A DNA stretch of 64,000 nucleotides from Lingula anatina (Eukaryota > Animalia > Brachiopoda), in assembly GCA_051362555.1 (NCBI GenBank), contig CM120649.1, positions 12,276,001-12,340,000 on the forward strand. Reading direction: 5' to 3'. Made by a program: the position numbers and the translations under genes. Positions within the stretch are counted from its first letter, which is position 1. Every line of letters begins with the position of its first letter. The notes under the pieces were generated by a model, which worked only from the letters and a program-made list of their open reading frames with translations, made no database searches and was not told the DNA's origin. Shown here piece by piece: positions 1-12,700 of this stretch.

Positions 1-94
1 CTTTCACTATAAAAGCCTTTATATTATGGTCTCTCTCTGCCGTGCACTGCGACTTAATTGACCGCTGATCACGTCTATGATCAAATATACTAGG

Positions 95-700
95 TAGGGG
101 GAGACGATGTCAGATTATGGGGTACAAAGGTAAAATTGACATATCGGCAAGATTTCTCTTTTATTTCAGCTCTTCATTACCTTCTTTATTCTGGTAATGT
201 AATACCAACTGTTGATGCTGCTATTGTGTACCTTAAGCAAAACTATTTCACATCAAGTGCTCAGGTAAATAATGTTGCACAACAGCATAACTCTTAATTG
301 ATTCTCCCGTTATCATAATGAATCCCCTGTTATGATGATGATGATCCTACTTTTCACCTTGGGCCGCACACATAGTGCTCAGCTAAAGACAATCTCAGGT
401 AAAATTGCCAACTGTTACATTTTTGTGGGTTCGAAAATAGCCTAATGGCCAATTTTCAAACTGTACGAAATTCACAAAAATCACGATCATGCAAAACGGC
501 TTACTGGTCGATATTCACATGCTCAAAAAAACTCCAGACAGCCAATTTTAAGATCGTTCGAAGTTTATGAGCCGTTCAAAATTCACAGCACATTACCATA
601 AGCATGGCAGACACATAACAATTCCAGGCTCCAGAAAGTGACATTCCCCATTAAATTACAACAACTGCATCAATTATAACATGACATCACCTTGCTCCTT
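95..700. mobile_element. degenerate MITE-like element
   Basis: taggggGagacgatgtcagattat at left loosely matches inverted ataacatgacatcaccttgctcct at right. Confidence 0.3.
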
Positions 701-1482
701 TAATTTCTAGTCTATCCAAGTTCCTTGTTTCATAGGTGCAGCAATTTTAACCACTTATTTATAAACATGGCATCTTTCCAATGGACCAATAACTTTCTTG
801 CTCCAGTTATGTTGTATTGCGTCTTTGTTTTTAGATGAAATACCCCAACTAAATCCACCTGTGTTGACTTGTTCTATTAAGAATGGCTAGAATTCTTGGC
901 TCTCAGCAAATGATAACATTTCTTGTGCTCTAGGTTATATAACTGCCATTGCTACAACATAATAACACCTCTCTCACGTTGTTAAAAATGTGCATTTTGT
1001 GAGTTATTAATTTTTGGGATAAACTACCGGAATGTTTCATAAGTTGAAAAAAAATTGTTTCAAATTTCATTTTATTCAATCTCATAACAACATCCCATTG
1101 AGTCAGCAAGTTGCCAACTTTATATTTCAACTGATCATCATTAAACACTGTTTAGATAAAATGTAATTTTTATTTAGACATTCCTACTAGGAGCTTATTT
1201 TCAACCACTAACCCTATTTAAACTGAACAATTCTTATTACAGGCAGTTCAAATTTAGTTAATTCCCTGAGGAAGATGCTCTTATACAACACAGATATCAA
1301 ATATTAGAGTCAATACAATATACAGTGTCAATACAGCTGTTGGTTGAAGAAAAAATGCCAGTACCTCTATTCTTATACCATAACACAGGTGATGAAATTC
1401 TCCTCTGAATAATTGTCACTTTTTCCCCCTTTACACAACTGTCCTTCAAGTTTCTTACTAATAGTGACAAAGTTGCACACAC

Positions 1483-1567
1483 CTGCCCATGAAATTAGCG
1501 GGTGACTAAGTAAAAACATGCAAGTCAACAGAGATGCTGCACCAAGCCACCATAAGGCAACAGCATT
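1483..1567 (-). CDS. weak candidate for timeless coding exon 7
   Basis: Open frame NAVALWWLGAASLLTCMFLLSHPLISWA has W.L........MF....P spacing like the next TIMELESS helix. However it needs the second AG after the pyrimidine tract and a weak donor (gtgtgt). Confidence 0.2.
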
Positions 1568-2077
1568 CTATAGATCTACAGAATATGAAACTTTCTTTCA
1601 GCATTAATAAATAAGATCCACTTTAAGTAATATGAACAGGTGATGTTAGGGAAACAAATCTTTAAAAAAAATCAACAAAAAAAAAAAAAAAAAAATCAAA
1701 AAATAAAAATTGCACATGACTAGTAACCTAACTGATTCAGGTAATGTAGAAAATCTTTTTCTGACTTGAGCTCTTTCAAGGTAACGTGGAATGAATGTCC
1801 AGACAATGAGGTCTTAAATAAATAAATAAATAAGTACTCACCTTAAAGTGGTCATATATATGATAAAAACAACTTTACTTTAGCAGACCACCAACTTAAG
1901 ATGCATCCTCACATGATTTAAGACCAATTTCTACTCATGTTTCTTAATGAAATCAGTCCAAGCCCTTATAGTGTATTCTAAATGGGGAAACTATCACACT
2001 CTATTATCTGCTATAATCACGTGTAAAAATAGGCCATATGCCATGTGATAAGGAAAATACTAGAAATTAATAGTTCA

Positions 2078-4468
2078 AGGACAATAGTCATATAAAAATC
2101 TATTTCTCAAATTTTGAAGATTCAGCACTCAATCTATACACTAGAGGTATGTTTTAATTGATCCCTGCCATTTAAAAATTATAAAAACAATCTATTAGTA
2201 GACAAAAAGCGTTTTAGTAAACCTCACCTCAATATGCATAAATGAAGCAACAGATCTGGGTCACGTGGTACTGTGACGACAATGAGGATAAAGGTCAATG
2301 AGACTTAACTGAGCTGCATGCTGCAAACGGACAGAATAATTTTGGAAACTTGTGTTGAACGGAGTTGAGCAATTTTCTTTATGCCTCAGTGTGTTGCCGT
2401 GGGATTCACCAAAATTGCAGCACTCTTTGTCTGTGACGGTCTTCCGTGACTAACTTACTAACTTCGGTGACAATAGTTGCAATGCTCGCGATCTCGGTCA
2501 CCTCAGGTGTTTTAGATCATATCAAAAACGATAGTCTTTTAGATTGACTGTCATCAGTTGGCAAGTTTACTAATTGCTGATGCATTTTAAAATGCATTGT
2601 AGTTGACCAAGAGCTTGTTAAAAATAAAACCTGTTAATTATGCACCGCTGCAATTCCCAAGCCAGGTAATAACAGGTATCAAACTCGTCTTGGTGAGCTT
2701 TCATATTTTTCAATATATATCATTTATTTCATGGGGTTATTTTATTGGTATTTGTAAATGACGTTAAATATCAATATTTAAACAATTAAGTTCAAACATG
2801 GTTGCAAACATTAATAAAAGAAATTGCTCTCAGGGTATCTTGAAGCATGTGTATGCCCAGGCTATACTTCCGAGGAAGAAAACGTGTTGAGGAAAAACAG
2901 GAAGAGCGTTATATTAAAAAAAAATGGGAACTGCTGTAATAAAATGGTTTGTAATCCCAATTCGTTTATGCTTTGAGGATTTGTTTCTGAAGATTATTTT
3001 ATCTGAAATATTAACAAATTTAAAAGATTTATCATTTTATAACTTGAAACGCAAGTTCTGCGTCTGAACGCAAAACTTTTTGCAAATTTGTACGGAGTAC
3101 GGAATGAACTGGAGACACTTGGCTTGTCATTAAGTTTACACGAAAATATGTCAGATAACTTTATACTGTCTTTGAAAAGGTAAAGATTGAAAAATAATTT
3201 TAGACAAACTTTGACGGAGGAAATATCTACAAAGAGTAAAGGGCTATTGCGCCAACATCTTGTTGAAAATTTTACACTGCAGTTCTATTTAAATAAGCTA
3301 AGGAACTAATTGCCAAATTTAGACTTTCAACACATAACAGGGGCGTAACCAGACCTACAAAAACAGTACGCACAGAATTTAAAAAATTACAAGCACGTAC
3401 AGCAAAATGTAGACTTACGGAAAACATGAAGGACAGCGTAATCACAGCAAATGTACCTCATATAGTAGCTTAATTTCCATTAATAATAAAATCATCATTT
3501 AAGTCAAAAATATTCTCGCGATTTAATAAATATTCCAATTTGCCCAGAATGGTATATTCATTTTAAAGGAGGCTAACTGAAATATAGTTTTATGATTTGT
3601 TTGTGAAAATTGCTAATGTCACCCTGTTAGTTTGGAGGTCTAAGCTGGATCAAGTCCGTGTTAAAATTCCTATGAAGCTGTGCAGGATAAATTCTTCCTT
3701 TCTTTCTCTAGCTCCTCGATAATTATTTAGATGATTTTATCTAGTACCCCCAGGTCTGCGGGAGCTGCTCTTTGAAACTAACGGACAGGTAGATTTTTAC
3801 CTGAGATAAATATTGCCAGCAAGAGTTCGATACTCGCAAGACAAATTGAATGCCATTTAACCCTCTAATTAAGAGGTAAAGGAAGTTCCAGTTAGATGGA
3901 TCATTAAGATAGGACTTGTAAAGGTAACGGGCATCGTTTACCTCAGTTTAATAAAAGTATGCAAGACGGGGTGTCAGCGGTTTAATAAAATAAATTGAAT
4001 TTCACAAATAACATGGACCTCATATGCAATAATCAACAGTACCCTTAACTCATTCAAATGCAGTGTTTTATACAACTTGGGATAACCATAATTAAATGCT
4101 CGTTCAATAATTGACTAGACGGGAAATGGTTTTACACAGCTTCACAAGGATTTAGACCCCTTGGGTAAGAGATTTGAATGAGTATTAACTTTTATCAGAA
4201 GCCAGAAAAGTCATCTTACAGGAAGACAATGCAGCTCAGTTTGACAGCTAAACACGCTCTGTTCTCCAGTGTCACGATTGTCGTCATCGGACCACGTGCC
4301 CACGTAGCTCATTAACTCCCAGGCCAAGCAAACAGGACGTTTTTTAAAGCCAAAAATTTACAAAATGAGCTTTTACTTTGTGTATTTGGATAAAGATATC
4401 GTTAGTTGGGCATGTTTTCTGAAGAATATGCTCCGTTCAGGCCTTTCCGACGGTATGACGCAAATCCT
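2078..4468. mobile_element. non-autonomous Kolobok-like DNA transposon, copy 1
   Basis: Highly similar over about 2.2 kb to 40490-42692; AG...CT termini; TTCA on both flanks; subterminal inverted motif cacgtgg...tgacgacaat. Confidence 0.8.
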
Positions 4469-4905
4469 TTCAACATGCAAGAGAAATGAAAGCTGGTGTA
4501 AAACAAAGCTTAGAAATGGCTGAGTACTTGTAGCGTTTTTATTTATCAATGTTGGTGTATCTGTGTATTTGTTATTGAACATGATCTCTCCAACAGCTTA
4601 AAACCAATTTTGGTGATTTTTTTAGGATACAGTTACTCAGGTTGGAAAGAATTTAAACTCAAATATTTGACTGAATCTGGGTCTTTAATCTTTTCCAAAG
4701 TTCAAACAAGTATAATTATACCTCCCCCCACCCCACCAAAGAAGCAGCGGTATATTGCTTATCATGTCGGTCGGTCCATGTATGTGTTACAAGACCTTGT
4801 TTGACTACTAAATAGAGAACGATTAGGTCTACAGTCCTTATATTTGGTAGGGAGGCTCATCAACCCATGCAGAAGATACCTACTGATTTTGAGATCAGTA
4901 TGAAA

Positions 4906-5084
4906 GGCTGCATTCACAACATAACTAGTTTGCTGTTCAAATATGGTGACTCACTGAAAAGTTTGCCATCTAATCCCCTTATTGACACTGAATAGAATCT
5001 CTGCAGGGATTACACAACAAGCCTCCAATTGGGACAGCCATATCTGATCTGCAGACTAGTAGGTCCACTGCTGTGAATGCAGCC
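4906..5084. mobile_element. PIF/Harbinger-like MITE (family 1)
   Basis: TIR ggctgcattcaca / tgtgaatgcagcc; related inverted fragment near 38700-38863. Confidence 0.7.
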
Positions 5085-5087
5085 TAA

Positions 5088-5302
5088 GGCTCTATTCCCA
5101 TAGATTTTAGATCGATCTATCCCCACGGGGAGTCTCACTAGATTACTTTCAGATAATCCGACTTAAATGTCCGTCCTGCCTACTACAAGCTGTAAGGGGA
5201 TAATTAACTTTCGCGTCCGCCCGGCTGACAGCTATTTAGCGTGAACCCCCAGGGAGTTAGGTCGATCTAAAGTAGGTCGATCTAACCTATGGAAATGGGG
5301 TG
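5088..5302. mobile_element. PIF/Harbinger-like MITE (family 2)
   Basis: TAA target duplication, TIRs with tagatcgatcta; other copies at 39946, 45104, 34479 and 38591. Confidence 0.8.
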
Positions 5303-5389
5303 TAAGTAGCATCTCCCTTTTTAACATGTCTGAAGCACAATTTAACAAAACCCTCCCATGGTTTGACATACACACAATGGCCAACTTAC

Positions 5390-5450
5390 ATTTCCAGGTA
5401 AATTCACCAGGTCTGTGAACAAGCCTGCAAAGCCTTTGTCCAGAAGATTC
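5390..5450 (-). CDS. tim: timeless coding exon 6
   Basis: ttttttag|G, 61 nt, (M)NLLDKGFAGLFTDLVNLPGN, donor gtaagt; phase fits exon 5. Confidence 0.85.
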
Positions 5451-6715
5451 CTAAAAAATAATTTAAAGAACAATATAAATAAGGAACCTGGCTTCATCAG
5501 AAAATATTCTTAAACATCTTTCTAATGACGCATTAAACAGCAATGATGTTGACGGGCCCATTAGTGTTGCTTCCTGCTTTGTTGGGATTTCTTAAGGTGA
5601 TACAGACATGGTTAGATAAAATCTCCTTCATAACTGACTTTAAATACATATTTTGGATAAGAGATAAAATTTCAGCCTTCACTGATTTAATTCCTTTCCA
5701 TTTAAAAAAAATGTCATTTTACAAATGGGGTGATAGACTGCATTCAGATTCAGACATTGTACCAGCTGGGTCGGTCCAACTCTGCGGGAGGATTCTCACT
5801 AAAAGTGCTTAACTGTCATCGGCTGAATTGTTTGACATGCCTCCTTGAGCAGCTAGGGGAAAATTAATTTTGTGTGTCCTTAACTGGTACCCTCTACCAC
5901 GGTGGTAGATATTATTATATTATTATATGGAAGCAATTAAACCTGCACGCACACAGATGGCATTGTACCCGCTCTGTAGGGAGCTACTCTGAAATATCTA
6001 ATAAACGTACCGGTACGTTATTTAATTTTTCAAATTTCTTCCCTCCGGTACGCTCCATTTGACCCAGTACGCTTATTAATTTTTCAAAAATCTTCCACTC
6101 GGTATGTATATTAAATACCTATCGTACCGGTGGGAAATTGTACAAGTCAAGTTTTTTTATTTTCTTAAATTGACGTGTAATGAGAAGAAATACGGGTACC
6201 GGTGCAGCTACTGTTCGACATACAGCACTGGAAAGTAGGTCAAGCAAAAGTCGCTCTCTAAAGACAACAATACATGCGTAATCTGATTTCCTTTCCTATA
6301 AATAGAAGCGCTTTCCCTTCAATAGTGACAACTACTCATGTAATGTCGCAAGGTGATAGGATCATATTTATAGCTAAGGAGGTCATTTCAAGTGCAGCAA
6401 AGAAATTGTGTCTGTTTTCAAACGTCAATTATTTCATGCCGATTTATGATTTAAAAAATGTTAAATCACAATTCTATGTAAGATAAACCCTTAGGAGTTT
6501 ATAGGTATGCAAAATGAACCTTATATCTGAGAATAAATTTACTTTGAATAACGTCTCCGTATGGCTATCGGAGGCGGCTTAGGTGCGATATATCTGGGTC
6601 TTTGGACCCTGACGATTATGAAATTTAACTCATGGCAAATATTTGTTTTTGAAAATAAATTAGATATCCCGTTTTTAAGATAAATTATAATGCTGAGTGA
6701 ATTTTACCTGGTGAA

Positions 6716-6754
<39 letters not shown>

Positions 6755-9700
6755 TGATAAATAGCTAGCTTTTTTCTTTCTCTTCTTCTTCTTCATTTTT
6801 ATTTGTTTATTTCATTTTTTTTTTGGGGGGGGGGTGGTGAAGGTTTTTTCTGGGCAGTACTTTTATTCCATCCAGTACTTTTATTAAATTTCGAGATTTT
6901 TTCCACCCAGTACTTTATTCCATCAGTACTTTTATTAAATTTTGAGATTTTTTCCACCCAGTACTTTTATTCCATCAGTGCTTTTATTCAATACTTCAGA
7001 GTACTTCAGGAGATTCCTTAGTTAACTTCAATCAGAAGTAAGATGCTATTCATTTTTATTTGTCAAACAAGGCAGCAAAGCTGTCAAATGTACAGACAAA
7101 AAACAGGAAATAACTATGCACAAAATAGGCTACTGTCAATTCTGATGCAAAAATACATTATGTTAAACTGCAAATTCAACATCAAATTTTAATTATCCTC
7201 AACAATTAATACCAATGTAATTAAAATATGTGACAAGTTTACATTTTGAAAATGTATAACTTCCAGAAAAAGAAGTTCCTTAGACTGCTTTTCCAACTCA
7301 GACTGCATTTTAGTCCTGTATTTCTTTTTTGAAAGTTTGGCAATCATAAGTAACATGGTTTTCCCATAATGGTCATCATGGCAGCAGCACCCAAAATTGT
7401 GTTTTCTTCTATTTTGATGCCATATTACATAATGGTTAACAGAATAATGACCGTCAATTTTTAATAATAAAATATACGTATCATGGATTTTCAGAAAATG
7501 TGACTAGCATGGGTCTTCAAGCCCGTGGAACTTCAAAGTCACACCTTGAAAATGCCAATATGTGAAAAATTAAATTTTCACAAAATAACTGTTTAACTGG
7601 CAGCAAGAATTACCAAACAGACTGTATTTCCTACTGAAGCTGTATTTTAGTCCCATGTTACTTTCCTGTAAGTTTGAGAACAGTAAATGACATGGTTTTT
7701 CTTAAATGGTCATCATGGGAGCAGTGCCCAAAATAGTTTTTTTTTTTCAAATTTTGATGCAATATTACATAATGTTTAACAGCATAATGACCATCAACTT
7801 TAATAATAAAATATTAATATTATGGATATTCAGAAAATGTGACTAGCAAAGGTCTTCAGGCCCATGGAACTTCAAAGTCACACCTTAAAAATGCCAAAAT
7901 GTAAACAAGACTGCACTGTTCTGAAATGGGTTTATTTCCATTTTTAACAATTTTTAACATAAAACAAAATTAACAGTTTTCTGCCGTTTTTATATGATAA
8001 ACTAAGAAAATTGATGAGATGGGAAAAATATCAATAGAACAGTGTTAAATGTCCAATTTCTTCCATTCTGAGATTCTGAACATAGTGAATGATTGAATCC
8101 GACAAACTGCAATGATATGAGTTTATTTCCATTTTTGACACTTTATTACACAATACACGATAACAAGTTTACCATCATTTTTACATAATCAACTAACAAT
8201 GTTGTAAAGATGCAGGAAATGTCAAACAAACACTTTTACGTATCTTATTACTTAAATAATAAGGCTATTAACATGCCTAAGAATTAAATCTGAGGAAATC
8301 TGAGGAAATGTGAAAAAACAGCATAACTTCTAAAATAATGCCCCGATTATGCTGATTTTCGAACTCAACCTGCGTTTTAGTAAACACGATAAGTGGAGGG
8401 CAGTTTTACTTTTTGGCATAATATTTACAGAGCTGATGAATATTCATAAAACGCAGGTCAAGTTCGAAAATCAGCATGATCGGGCCATTATTGTATAAGT
8501 TATGCTGTTTTTTCACTTTTCAGCAAATATGCAACCCTGTAAACATTTTGTGCATAGTTATTTCCTGTTTTTTGTCTGTACATTTGACAGCTTTGCTGCC
8601 TTGTCTTATATTGTGTTTACAGTGTTGCATATATGCTGAACAATGAAAAAAACACATAACTACTAAAATAGTGGCCCGATCATGCTGATTTTCGAACTTG
8701 ACCTGCGTTTTAGTAAGATTGATTACTCCTGTGAGTTTCATGACAACAGGCCTAACGGTTTTCCTTAAAATGTGTTTACAAGGTTGCATATATGCTGAAA
8801 AGTGAAAAAACAGCATAACTTCTACAATAATGGCCCGATCATGCTGATTTTCGAACTTGACCTGCGTTTTATGAATATTCATCAGCTCTGTAAATATAAA
8901 GCCAAAAAGTAAAACTGCCTTCCACTTATCGTGTTTACAAGGAAAGTGCACGGCGACGGCATCGGCATCGGCATCGCCATCGGCGACGGCGACGACAGAC
9001 GCAGGTGATGGCAATATGTACAGACACATCTGTGTCTGTACATAAAAAGAGCAAGTGGTTAAAATTAGAGCAGTTAACTGTCTTGATTACTGTCAAGGGG
9101 TCTTGGCTTGGGCCTGTTCAGTGGCAGTACCTGAGCAGTTACGCAAACAATTACCAGCCTTGTAATCAGCTTTGAGATTTCATCACAGAGAGTGAAATGA
9201 CTGTATATTTATCTAAAGACATATCTGTGAATGTCTTGTGAAAAATAAATCTGTCGCCCTGGTAGAGGGTACTTAACAGGTACGTTATCTGAATTTTTCA
9301 TTTTAAAAAAGTGCAAAATTGGTTTCTCAAATCTCTCTCATTTAATGATACCACTGAGTACTTCAAAACCCTGCCAGTGATTTTTCTTAGAAATCTTAGT
9401 TTAGATTTTATCATTAACAAGGCAAAATTTGTTCGATGGAACATTGCAATTAGGGGTTCATAACTCCAGGAAAAAATTTAAAACACAATGAAGGCAGGGG
9501 ATTGAAGCTCCTACACTTGTTGACACCCAGGCAAACTTTCCTGATAAAATCTGGTTCATGGAAGAAGTTATGTTCCATACCAATTACCTGTATATCACCT
9601 CAAAATAGAAAGCAGCTGCTGTTAAATTGATGATAAATGCTCTGAGGTTCTTATGCTTAACAATGGAAAATGTAAACACCAGTTCTTCCAAAGGGAATTT

Positions 9701-12700
9701 TTTTCATGTTTTAAATCGGCAAAATGGTCAAGGCATTGCTGAATAATTATTTGCACAAAAAAAAACTTTTTTTTTCAGTGTTTTGACGATCAGGGTTTAC
9801 AACCCTGACATGAACTGCGCATTACGTAAGGAATATGTGCTGCTTTCATAACTTGAAAAGTGCTAATCTGTCATTGCAACAATCAGCTGTCTGAAAGATT
9901 TTGTGAGGATTATCACACTGAACTTTGAAATAAGCAATATTATTATAACTAGGATTGTTTGAAATGGGCAAAAATTATCAACCTCTCTGAGAAGATGTCA
10001 TTTTGGAATCATAAAAATTATATTTAAATTTATATTAACTTCTTGAGATCAGGTGATATTGGAATGGGCAGCAGTTCTGTGGAAGGAGAAAATTCAAACA
10101 AGTATGAAAACTACTGCTCAAAAACTGAATGCTCTATCATGTGAAAATGCAAGAAATGCACATAGTTCAATCAACTAGACAGATAGAAGCACAATTGTAC
10201 ACAAAACTTACATTACAATTATTCGTCCTGGGTCCACCATATCAGACACCTGGATGCTGAGCACATTGCGCAGTAGGATAAGACTCCAGTATATCAAGTC
10301 TCTTATTATAGTTCAATCAACTAGACAGATAGAAGCACAATTGTACACAGAACTTACATTACAATTATTCGCCCTGGGTCCACCATATCAGACACCTGGA
10401 TGCTGAGCACATTGCGCAGTAGGATAAGACTCCAGTATATCAAGTCTCTTCCTTGGGTACTCAGGGTGGTCTCCTGCAAGAAGAGATTTATCTCATATTA
10501 TAAAACAGTGGCATGTGGTACTCAGGGTGGTCTCCTGCAAGAAGAGATTTATCTCATATTATAAAACAGTGGCATGTGGTACTCAGGGAGGTCTCCTGCA
10601 AGTAAAGATTTATCTCATATTATAAAACAGTGGGATGTGGTACTCAGGGAGGTCTCCTGCAAGAAGAGATTTATCTCATATTGTAAAACAGTGGGATGTG
10701 GTACTCAGGGAGGTCTCCTGCAAGTAAAGATTTATCTCACATTATAAAACAGTGGCATGTGGTACTCAGGGTGGTCTCCTGCAAGTAAAGATTTATCTCA
10801 TATTATAAAACAGTGGGATGTGGTGCTCAGGGAGGTCTCCTGCAAGAAGAGATTTATCTCATATTGTAAAACAGTGGGATGTGGTACTCAGGGAGGTCTC
10901 CTGCAAGTAAAGATTTATCTCATATTATAAAACAGTGGGATGTGGTACTCAGGGAGGTCTCCTGCAAGTAGAGATTTATCTCATACTGTAAAACAGTGGG
11001 ATGTGGTACTCAGGGAGGTCTCCTGCAAGTAGAGATTTATCCTATATTATAAAACAGTGGGATGTGGTACTCAGGGTGGTCTCCTGCAAGTAAAGATTTA
11101 TCTCATACTGTAAAACAGTGGGATGTGGTACTCAGGGAGGTCTCCTGCAAGAAGAGATTTATCTCATATTATAAAACAGTGGGATGTGGTACTCAGGGTG
11201 GTCTCCTGCAAGTAGAGTTTTATCCTATATTATAAAACAGTGGGATGTGGTACACAGGGTGGTCTCCTGCAAGTAAAGATTTATCTCATATTATAAAACA
11301 GTGGGATGTGGTACACAGGGAGGTCTCCTGTAAGTAGAGATTTATCTCATATTATAAAACACTGGGATGTGGTACTCAGGGAGGTCTCCTGTAAGTAGAG
11401 ATTTATCTCATATTATAAAACACCTGAATATGGTACTCAGGGTGGTCTCCTGCAAGTAAAGATTTATCTCATATTATAAAACAGTGGGATGTGGTACACA
11501 GGGAGGTCTCCTATAAGTAGAGATTTATCTCATATTATAAAACACCTGAATATGGTACTCAGGGTGGTCTCCTGCAAGTAAAGATTTATCTCATATTACA
11601 AAATGTTGCCACGTGGTACTAAGCAACACCGACATGTTTTGAGATCATATATTCAATCACTCCTTAATTCCAGCAATTACAAGTTTGATATTATAAAAAC
11701 TCAACGTAGGGAAATAGCAACTCTGTGGCACTTCCAAATGGAATCATTTATTCAATTACTTAGTTATATGTATTAGGTTATTCATCTGGGCATATAATAA
11801 AGCACAAAGATGTGGTGCTTTGTACCTCTAATGTTTGAAAGTTAAAAAAAAACAAGGCAGCAAAGCTGTCAAATGCACAGACAAAAAGCAGACAATAACA
11901 ATGCACAAAACAGGCTACTGTCAATTCTGATGCAAAAATACATTATGCTTAACTGCAAATTCAACATCAAATTTTAATTATGCTCAACAGGTAATACCAA
12001 TGTAAGTGAAATGTGTAACAAGCGTAAGGCTTCAGGCCCATGGGAGTTTAAGTTCACACTTTGAAAATGCCAGAATGAGAAAAATGAAAATTTCACATAA
12101 AACTGCTTAAATTCAATAATAAATGATAACCCATTTGAGCTGGCTTTCTAATTTGAACTGCATGCCAATCCTACAAATCATACTTGTAAGTTGAAAATAA
12201 TAATAAGTAACATAGTTTTTTTTTCATAATGTTTGTAGTAGCAGTGCAAAAAGATTTTTGTCAATTTTGATGTAACATTACAAAATAAATTACAGAATAA
12301 TTATCACCAATTTTTGATTATTGACTATAAATAGCATGGACATGTAGAAAATTTGATTACCATTTGGCTTCATGTCCATGGGAGCTTCGAGTCCCACAAT
12401 GAATATGCCAACATGATAAAAATGAATATTTCACTAAAATGTATAACTTCCAGAAAAAGAAGCCAATTAGACTGCTTTTCCAACTCAGGCTGCATTTTAG
12501 TCCTTTGTTTCTTTTTTGAAAGTTTGACAATCATAAGTAACATGGTTTTCCCATAATGGTCATCATGGCAGCAGCACCCAAAATTGTGTTTTCTTCTATT
12601 TTAATGCAATATTACATAATGCTTAACAGCATAATGACCATCAGTTTTTAATAATAAAAGATCCGTATCGTGGATTTTCAGAAAATGTGACTAGCATGGG

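Noticed and set aside
8520-9029. 169-aa ORF with an internal repeat
   Set aside because: Lies wholly within the tandem units and microsatellite of a HINE element.
10456-11620. CRISPR-like regular array
   Set aside because: Units are contiguous with no unique spacers, there are no cas genes and the context is a eukaryotic intron; it is a minisatellite.
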